Source: Octopus sinensis (taxonomy: Eukaryota). From it: DNA of 64,000 nucleotides. The notes under the pieces were generated by a model. That model did no database searches. It was not told where the DNA came from and saw only the letters and a program-made list of their open reading frames with translations. Below are positions 55,028 to 64,000 of the stretch, piece after piece. Position 1 is the stretch's first letter; each line of letters begins with the position of its first letter. Location: the NCBI RefSeq assembly GCF_006345805.1, contig NC_043008.1, positions 75,764,001 through 75,828,000 of the forward strand. Direction: 5' to 3'. The translations under genes and the position numbers were made by a program.

Positions 55028-56470
55028 ACTTACATTTCGTTGGAGAGGTTGGGGCCGACCTCACCACACGTTTGTGGGCCCCTTCTTTCTCCTCCTTCTT
55101 CAGATAGTCCGGCAAGTTCGCGATACGCCGGATGGCGTTTGGGTGTCTGTCTTTTAATTGTTTGAACGTTGTTTCCGCAATCCACGCATATCTTTCGTTT
55201 CGATCTTTGTGTTTGTTGTACAGTCTTGCTGTGTGATGCGGAACTACAATATCGTTTATATATTTGTTTTGTGTGTCATATTCAATTAATATGCGTTCAT
55301 GTTTTTTGTCTTCTTTTTCTGGGCCAGGTGGGCGGGATTTTTTTTTTGTGTCTGTGGTGTGTCTTTGTGTATATTATTTTTTGTAGGGGGTGTGGACGGG
55401 GATGATGCACGAATTCTTTTACGAACTGTTGTAAATCCCCCCTCTGATACCTCCATGGTATCGTCTGGGGTAGCAATATTTTGTTCAGTAGGCGCCGCAG
55501 TTTTTAAGGGAGTGGGAGGTTTTAATAATGTAGGGGTTTGTGAGTGCAAGGGCTGGTTTTTTTTGTCAGTTTGTTTTGGGGTTGGCACCGTAACAGCAGG
55601 AGTGGGACTTTTTGTTTTTGTAGGGGTAGGTGAGTTTGCAAGGGTAGGGATTTTTTTATTATCTGAGGGGCCTGGTGTCTGCGGTTTCTTTTGCTTGTCT
55701 GGAGAATCTACACGAATGTGGCCCTTTTTGCCGCAGGCGTAACAGGTGGGCTTTCGGCCTTCGACCTGTACCCTGAGGGCCACATTCTCGCCCACGAGCA
55801 CCCTCTCAGGAAGGAGCTGCAGGGCCTCCGGTGTTCCTTGAATTATTATATTAATGTCTCGCCCAAGCCAATATTGAGGGGCACAGCATGTTACCTGTAG
55901 TATTTTAATTTTGTCCGTCCTTTTATATAACAGGGCGGCCACTACCTCTACCGGATCGACTTCTGGCGGTGCTTCTGCAATCCTGACCCGGGACGTCCTG
56001 CGTCCTCTATAGCTTGGCAGAAGTACCACCTCCTTGGTTTTTAGGGGATTCACAGAATGCCCGTGGGCCACCTCTTCCCCCGAGAAGCGGACCTCCACAG
56101 TGCCATATGCCCGTCCTCTGGCAACGTACACAATGTCCTTCCAAATCGGGGACAGGCATTTCTCGATAGTATTCTTTTCAAAGTGTTTGAACCTTCTGCT
56201 TTGTGGACAGAAAGTTTTAAACACTACGGTCCGCTTCTCGGTCTCCACGATACTGGCGGAGGGTGATATTTTAACATCACCACCCTCCTCTTTCATTCTT
56301 TTAAATAGCTCGACGAGCCGATTGACATTAATGACAATGTTCTCGGTAGCCAATGCGGCTACCGCAGAAATTTTTTTACTACAGTTATCAACATTGCTCT
56401 CCTCAAGAGCACTATTTTCGTGATTAATCTCAACAGACATTATTCTGTTGAAATTAGTAATAGACAACAC
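55028..56470 (-). pseudogene. Tx1-like ORF1 (zinc-knuckle protein)
   Basis: 394-aa frame with EGRKPTCYACGKKGHIRVDS and a P/T/K-rich tail; C-terminus continues in another frame. Confidence 0.8.
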
Positions 56471-56709
56471 AAAAATTACAAATATTGGTTTCCTACAAAA
56501 CTGGGAAACCTATAAAAAGTTTTTCTTCCAAAGCAGTTCAATGAGTGGTAAAAAGCAGTTCAAAAATTTCAATTCCCACCCCCATTCGGGGGAGGGGCAC
56601 GAAATTAGTCTGGCAAGACTATATACAGTCATGTAGATAAAAAAGCCACAATGGCTAACAGTTCAACAGTAACAAATTATCCAATTATTCCCCGGTAAAA
56701 TCGGAGAAC

Positions 56710-57943
56710 AAGGGCCTCACCATGATCCAGCGTCCCGCACCTCCCGAACAACTCGGCGAGGTGCTTGTGAAGTGCCTCACACATCTCGTCCCGCTTCTTG
56801 ATCGTGCATCCGTTTTCATCAACAAGAGACCCAATTGTGGGATCGTTGCCACGCTCTGTTTCTATCGTACGGGCCCATCCGGCAACATTAATTCTGTACT
56901 TTAGCCCGGACTCTACATCCCTCATGTTTGGTTTTGAGGTGACGGTCTAATGCCGTTCTCGCCGCTAAAATGTGAGATGCAGAGCCCAACCTCAACGCCT
57001 ACTCTAAGTTCTTAACTAGTTGGCCTTCTATTCTAGCCCTATCTAGTCTTAGTTGTTTACTAAATCTAATGGACTCGAATCGAATGGCTCATTTGAGGGT
57101 GAACCACCACCGGTTATTAACCACGGCTCCGGTTAACGCCCTCTGCACTAACACCTTAATCCGGCTACGGTATGCCTCGCGTGTCAAAATAGACTTGTTC
57201 AGCTTCCAGTAGCCGGTTCCTATCTTAAGTGTGCTATCTATGTCCAGTCTACACGTGACCATTCTATGGTCAGAATAGGGCACCTGGACGAGCTGTGGAC
57301 AACTAAAACTAGACTTATCTCTTGTTCTTATCACTATCCTGTCTAGGTAAGACTTGAACCTTCCGTCGCCACTCATCCAGGTCCACTCTGGAACGTTCGG
57401 ATGGTCAAGTCTGTAACGATCTGCCAGCTGAAACCGCTTAAGCAGATCCACGAGACGTGAGTTCACTTTCCTATAGATCGAGCCAACGCTATCGATGTGT
57501 ACGTCAACGATAACATTAAAGTCCCCTAATATCACTAAAGTCTTCGATGTCACGAGAAAGCCCTCTAGGCGCCGATAAAAATCAGTTTGGAAGCCTCTAG
57601 CACAAGGTGCATAGAGTCCGATCAACCTGAAGGCCTTACTGCTGTATGTCACATCAAGGACGACCAGCCCACCTTCTGGGTCTACATAGACTGTACTTGT
57701 CTGTAGAGCCAAGTCTTTACGGATCAGTACCACTACGCCCCCTCGCCCTCCGGTCTGGCCAGGAGACATGATTTTCTCGTAGCCATTCAGGAGAGGCGAG
57801 AAGGTTTGTAGGCTGTCCAGCCTGGTCTCTGTAGCAACCATCACATGTATATTATGTGATCTGAGGTCGTCGAGGAAACAAGCCTGCTTCCACTTCGAAC
57901 TCAGACCACGCACATTTAAACAACCAAGGTTAAGCGAAGCCAT
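56710..57943 (-). pseudogene. Second Tx1-like ORF2 copy (APE only, truncated)
   Basis: CLNVRGL, LGDFN, YLDRI, YSDH, GYWKLN. Confidence 0.88.
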
Positions 57944-57960
57944 TACAAAAAGTAAAAGTT

Positions 57961-59392
57961 CTACTTACGTTTCGTTGGAGAGGTTGGGGCCGACCTCGCC
58001 ACACGTTTGTGGGCCCCTTCTTCCTCCTCTTTCTTCAGATAGTCCGGCAAGTTCGCGATATGCCGGATGGCGTTTGGGTGTCTGTCTTTAAATTGTTTGA
58101 ACGTTGTTTCCGCAATCCACGCGTGTCTATTTCGATATTTGTATTTGTTGTACAGTCTTGCTGACTGATGCTGAACCACAATATCGTTTATGTATTTGTC
58201 TTGTGTGTCGAATTCAATTAATATGAGTTCATTTTATTTTTTGTTTTCTTTTTCTGGGCCAGTTGAGCGGGATTTTTTTTTTTCCGTGTCTGTGGTGTGT
58301 CTTTGTTTTTATTATTTTTTGTAGGGGATCTGGACGGGGATGCTGCACGAATTCTTTTACGAACTGGTGTAAATCCCCCCTCTGATACCTCCATGGTATC
58401 GTCTGGGGTGGAAATGGTTTGTTCGGTAGGCGCCGCAGTTTTTAGGGGTGTGGGAGGTTTTAATAGTGTAGGGGTTTGTGAGTGCGAGGGCTGGGTTTTT
58501 TCTTCAGTCTGTTTTGGGGTTGGCACCGTAACAGCGGGAGTGGGACTTTTTCTTTTTGTAGGGGTAGGTGTGTTTGCCAGGGTAGGAACTCTTTTATTAT
58601 CTGAGGGGCCTGGTGTCTCCGTTTTTTTTTTGCTTGTCGGGACAGTCTACACGAATGTGGCCCTTTTTGCCGCAGGCGTAACAGGTGGGTTTTCGGCCTT
58701 CGACCTGTACCCTGAGGGCTACGTTCTCGCCCACGAGCACCCTCTCAGGAAGGAGCTGCAGGTCCTCCGCTGTTCCTTGAATTAATATATTAATGTTACG
58801 CCCGAGCCAAAATCGAGGGGTAGAGCATGTTACTTCTAGTATTTTTTATTTTGTCCGCCCTTTTATATAATAGGGCGGCCACTACCTCTACCGGATCAAC
58901 TTCCGGCGGGGCTTCTACAATCCTGACCCGGGACGTCCTGCGTCCCCTATAGCTTGGAAAAAGTACCACCTCCTTGGTTTTTAGGGGGTTTACAGAATGC
59001 CCGCGGGCCATTTCTTCCCCCGAGAAGCGGACATCCACTGTGCCATATGCCTGTCCCCTGGCGACGTACACGATGTCCTTCCAAATCGGGGACAGGCATT
59101 TCTCGATGGTACTTTTTTCAAAGTGTTTGAACCTTCTGCTTTGTGGACAGAAAGTTTTAAACACTACGGTCCGCTTCTCGGTCTCCACGATACTGGCGGA
59201 GGGTGATATTTTAACATCACCACCCTCCTCTTGCATTTTTTTAAATAGCTCGACGAGCCGATTGACATCGATGTCAATTTTCTCGGTAGCCACTGCGGCT
59301 ACCTCAGAAAATTTTTTAACATTGTTCTCCTCAAGAGCACTACTTTCGTGAATAATTTCAACAGACATTATTCTGTTGAAATTAGACAACAC
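57961..59392 (-). pseudogene. Second Tx1-like ORF1 copy, frameshifted
   Basis: Homologous to 55028-56470; CCHC knuckle retains its final Cys. Confidence 0.8.
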
Positions 59393-60024
59393 AAAAATTA
59401 CGAGTATTGGTTTCCCACAAAACTGGGAAACCTATAGAAAGTTTTTCTTCCAAAGTAGTTCAAAAAAGCAGTTCAAAAATTCCAATTCCCACCCCCATTT
59501 GGGGGAGGGGCACGAAAATAGTCTTGCAGGACTATGTATAGTTACGTAAATAAAAAGCCACAGTGGCTAACAGTTCAACGGTAAGAAATTATTCAATTAT
59601 TTCCCGGTAAAACCGGAGAACAAGACAGTTCAGCAACGTTTAAAGGCAAATTTTCAGTAGTAGGAATTCAACAATTAACAACACAGCAAAACTCTTACCG
59701 GGAAGAAAACGCGTCCACACCGTAGTACGGTAAGCAAAGTCACTCTTCTGTCAGTGAGGTTAGCAAGCTACTTACCACACAGCCACCCCTGCACCTAAAG
59801 ATAATATAAATCATATTTTTTCTCTGTCTTCTAACTTTCCTCTCTCCAAAAGGAAATGTTTCTCCCAGCATTCACTATTTTCCTCTCGTTCTCGTCTAAC
59901 GCCCTTCATGTTTGTTTTCACTCAGTTTCCTTTTATCTTCGCTGTCATTTTCTTGTTCCCAACTTTGACCCTCCATAAATTCAAAATTTTATTTTTGAAT
60001 TCATGGGAGAAACTGTCATTGATA

Positions 60025-60088
60025 TTTCATATTGTCGTTGAATGCTCGAAATGAGGAGTAGATAGACAGCCGAAAACTTATGAAGGGT
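60025..60088 (+). ncRNA. Degenerate permuted hammerhead (variant B, copy 2)
   Basis: TTTCAT-A-TTGTCG..GCTC-GAAATGAGG..CGAAAA-CTTATGA-AGGGT; core mutated. Confidence 0.45.
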
Positions 60089-60224
60089 CCTTTCTCTGTT
60101 GTAACTTGTCCTGTTTTCCATTTTGTTTATGTATTTCATGATATTCGCACCGTTGATGATGTTCCGTACCCATATATACATGTATATTATTTATTATTTA
60201 TTATATATATATATGTGTGTGTTT

Positions 60225-60345
60225 CTCCCACCATCATCCCTTGATAACCAATGGTGATGTATTTACATCCCAGTAACTTAGCTTTTCGGTAAAATAAGTA
60301 CTAGGCTTACAAAGAATAAGTCCTGGGGTCGATTTGCTCGACGAA
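60225..60345 (+). mobile_element. SINE tail fragment
   Basis: AATAAGTACTAGGCTTACAAAGAATAAGTCCTGGGGTCGATTTGCTCGAC. Confidence 0.7.
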
Positions 60346-60489
60346 AGGTATACATTATCGAGTCATTTAAAAACTCAATTATGTATACCGTGCATCTAAT
60401 CTTGACTCTTTTTCTTTCACCAAAATATTGGTATACAAATCTCGTACCCACAGACCTTATAGAAATGATAACAACTAAACTATTCTGAG

Positions 60490-61506
60490 TGATTTTCTCA
60501 TATAAGTACAAACTGGATCACCCAGCCGCAGAAGCTCTACGGAATATCAATGTTTTTGTTGACATCAGAATAGTTCAGAGATAGTTTCAAAGCTCTCGTT
60601 TAGGAGTTGATAAATAAACCAAGGGGTAGGCCGAATCAGTTATTCAGCATGACGCATTAAATACTTTGGTTGAACAAAATCCGAGAACAAAGGTGTGAAA
60701 AGTTTCAGAACTCCAAGCATCTCGCACAACTGTTTGGACACCTGTAAAACATTGGAAAATTCAAGAAAACAACTGAACAAGATTCAAAGAAATAGACGCC
60801 CTTTCTATGCTCTTTCTTTCTTTCCGGATTGGATGAAGACCATTTTTGCAACATATCATTACCTGGGATGAGAAATGGATATTCTTTGAGAACAACAAGA
60901 GAAGAGAATAGTGATTAGATGCAAGGAGAGTCATCTAAACAATACCCAAATTCGCCATTGTATTGTAAAGAGTTAGTGATCACTGTAGAGTGGTTTGCAA
61001 AGGGAGTTGTTCATTATTCATTTTTCTAAAACTGAAACACTGTAACAGCAACACTGTATTGCCAGAAAATTTATTGTATGCATGAGGATTTGAAAAAGAA
61101 GCAACCCAGACTAGTGAATATAGATGACCCAATTTTGCTCCATGACAATGCACGTCCTCACACTCCTCAAGCTATGGACTAAAAGTCGCAAACCTGAATT
61201 ACGGGATTTTGAGATATACTCCCTATTCCCGTAATATCTCTTCAACTGATCATCACATATTTACGCATTTTGAGCTTTTCATAAGCAAGAAAACATTCTT
61301 AAATAACATAATCTAAGCATTCGGACAGTTTATCAGAGCAAAAGATGATTTTTTTAATAGATAGAATATATGACATAGAGAAACGTTTGATGAACGTCAT
61401 GAATGAACATGAATCATACTTTGATTAAATAAATCAGTCCTCTAACTCTTCTGAAACATTTTATTGTTACCTTCTAACACGACATTTCCTGTGAAACAAC
61501 CTATTA
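60490..61506 (+). mobile_element. Mariner (DD34D) transposase relic with 3' TIR
   Basis: IITWDEKWI, ILLHDNARPH, degenerate PYS..ISSTD; ends ACAACCTATTA. Confidence 0.8.
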
Positions 61507-61518
61507 TATATATATGTG

Positions 61519-61571
<53 letters not shown>

Positions 61572-61690
61572 TATATATATTATATATATATAATATATAT
61601 ATATATATATGAGACTGTCAGAATGTGGTAGAAGCCTCCGCTGATGAACCCAGTAAAGTTTAAAAATTGAATAAGGTTCTTTATCATTTT

Positions 61691-62097
61691 ATAGGCACAG
61701 GAGTGGCTGTGTGGTAAGTAGCTTGCTTACCAACCACATGGTTTTGGGTTCAGTCCTATTGCGTGACATCTTGGGCAAGTGCCTTCTACTATAGCCTCGG
61801 GCCGCCCAAAGCCTTGTGAGTGGATTTGGTAAACGGAAACTGAAAGAACCCCGTCGAATATATGTATTTATATATATATGTGTGTGTGTATGTTTGTGTG
61901 TCCATGATTGTTTTCCTAGCATTGCTTTACAACCGATGCTGGTGTGTTTATGTCCCCGTCATTTAGCGGTTCGGCAAAAGAGACCCATAGAATAAGTACT
62001 AGGCTTATAAAGAATAAGTTCCGGGGTCAATTTGCTCGACTAAAGGCGGTGTTCCAGCATGGTCGCAGTCAAATGACTAAAACAAGTAAAGAAGTAG
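61691..62097 (+). mobile_element. Full-length tRNA-derived SINE (octopus-type)
   Basis: A box GTGGCTGTGTGG, B box GGTTCAGTCC, central microsatellite, tail ..GCAGTCAAATGACTAAAACAAGTAAA. Confidence 0.85.
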
Positions 62098-64000
62098 AAG
62101 AATATATATATACATATACATATATATATATATATATATGTATGTATAATGTATCTAACCTCCTTGGCGAAGTTGCTAAAATTAATATTCATATGTACCA
62201 TGAAACTATCACTGAGGTGCAACTGGACTAACAGGATTTTAATGTTTGGTATTTGAATTTTTATACTAATGATCATTTTCAATATTTTCACTGAAGCAAC
62301 CTAGACGCGATTCGCAAGAATGGGGATGAATAAATTCATTTCTTGTTAAGGCTATTTTAGCGGTTAACTTTGTTGCATATATATTCATTTAAATATTTGA
62401 GTAGACGATAAGAATTCAGAATCACTGAATATACTTGGGAATGAATTAAAAGAAAAGTTATTGTCTTTTTATTTCTTTATTTTATATGAAATTAGTAATA
62501 ACAATTACAAAAGTATATATAAAAACAACATCCTGGTTTTTCACTGCTGCTTCTCATTTTTACATTTTCTGCACCTTTTAACACTTTCTTCATCACCTCT
62601 CTTTATTTGATTTTTGACCCTGTGTTCCAGAAACTTTATATTGTCCCCTTAATCTATTCTAGATCCTTCAGTTGCAACTTACTTATTTACATTATCGCTT
62701 ATGTAAAACAAAATAAACTATGTCAATCGCCTGCGTTCTAAATTGACTCTGTTTATTACAATGAGTTGAGCAAATGTCTCCCACCAGGATATTGCTTTAG
62801 AATTCTGTATGAAACCTAGTACATGGAAATTGAACAAAAGCTCGTCAAATGGATCTGATTTGTTTGTGTAGGATAGACATAAGCTGAGATCTGAGATCTG
62901 AGCGAATTTTGTAGAACCTAAACTGTGTTCAGATCTTACTTCTGGTCAAAAGAAGTTACCCAATATTTTGAGATGCTATTACTGCAGCAGAGTGTAAAAT
63001 GTTGTTCCATTTGCATGTCATTCAGCGAAGATCTCGACTTTCCTCTTCGCTAATTCATGAAATGAAATGCAATAGATAAGAGTTGATAGTTTGCAAAATT
63101 AAATGGCGTTACCCCAACATACGCATACATACACAAATCTTATATATGAGAAGGAGTTTAATCTTTGTTGTGAACTACATTTACCGAAATATCGCATCTC
63201 CTGATATACTCAACCACTACTGTTTTTCTGATATTTAATCACCCAACATTATTTCCGTTGCAGCAAACAACATAGTTCATATCCTACACTTAAACCTATT
63301 ATTTATTCATCTTCTCTGCTATCACAAAATGCTCTCACTAACAATGAGGTACCGATCTTCGATCTGATTTAACTACACCTCATTTACTCCACTACCTCCT
63401 TCTTTTTCTTTTCAAATACTTCTACAATATATCGTCATCGGACCTGAGACCTCAGTATTAAAACACCATTTATATATCTCTCGGGAATCCTGCAACTTCC
63501 ACAATATAGTACTGCTGAAATGGATTCTGTTTTACACTACTTTAGGTCTGTCTCCTTCACCGATATTGAGGCGTCAGTGGGTAGTTATTTCACATCTCAT
63601 TCAACGTGAACATTATAACTGGTACTGTAGGGACACCGTATTTTGTTATACAATCATAACATACAACAAATTATATTAAATATTGAAAGTCTATACTGTT
63701 TCTTACTGTGTTAGCAGTGCTATGAAATCACTTGTTAAGGTTTATTCTATATATTTTCTATAAAATTATGCTACTGATTTGTTTCAACGTTTGGTATCCG
63801 AATAGGTCTAATATGAAAACCAATGCTATCGAAGATGGGGAAATAAGTATTGGGTATATATGCCACATTTCAGGAGTTCTTGGTCCATCATCAACACCAC
63901 GGCCAACCACCTAATAATTCATTTACATTTATTCTTTTGTTCCTTATTCTTTGCCCTAGGTACTGGTACAGTTATTTAGAAATATTACAAAAAATGACGT

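Larger units (their letters stand above)
51802..59757 (-). mobile_element. Tx1-clade LINE with tandemly repeated 5' half
   Basis: ORF1 with zinc knuckle; ORF2 with APE, RT and C-terminal CCHC; 16-bp TSD GGTTAGCAAGCTACTT at 51786-51801 and 59758-59773. Confidence 0.9.
50720..59797 (-). mobile_element. One tRNA-derived SINE split by nested insertions (tail 50720-51035, middle 51660-51801, head 59758-59797)
   Basis: The pieces concatenate to match the intact SINE at 61691-62097. Confidence 0.85.

Noticed and set aside
55286-55350. Possible programmed frameshift in Tx1 ORF1 at an A-run, seen in both copies
   Set aside because: Homopolymer slippage or sequencing error explains it equally well.
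63180-63960. Possible old LTR-retrotransposon integrase remnant
   Set aside because: No clear motif; needs a translated homology search.

Overview
Repeat-saturated, AT-rich animal genomic DNA, most likely octopus (inferred from the tRNA-derived SINE sequences and dense TA/CA microsatellites). No host protein-coding gene could be supported; most ORF-track entries are microsatellite translations. The window holds several Penelope-like retroelements (RT plus C-terminal GIY-YIG, with direct and inverted pseudo-LTRs), many short ORF-less PLE termini sitting in (TA)n, a decayed RLE-type (HERO-like) LINE, a partly duplicated Tx1-like LINE with a 16-bp TSD inside the tRNA head of a SINE, three Tc1/mariner relics, several SINEs and a 1.11-kb tandem duplication. 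Hand folding shows about ten type I hammerhead ribozyme motifs in PLE termini. The main finding is five copies, in three divergent sequence variants, of a hammerhead whose three strands occur in reversed, non-circularly permuted order (NUH strand, GAAA strand, CUGANGA strand), with compensatory changes in stems I and III.
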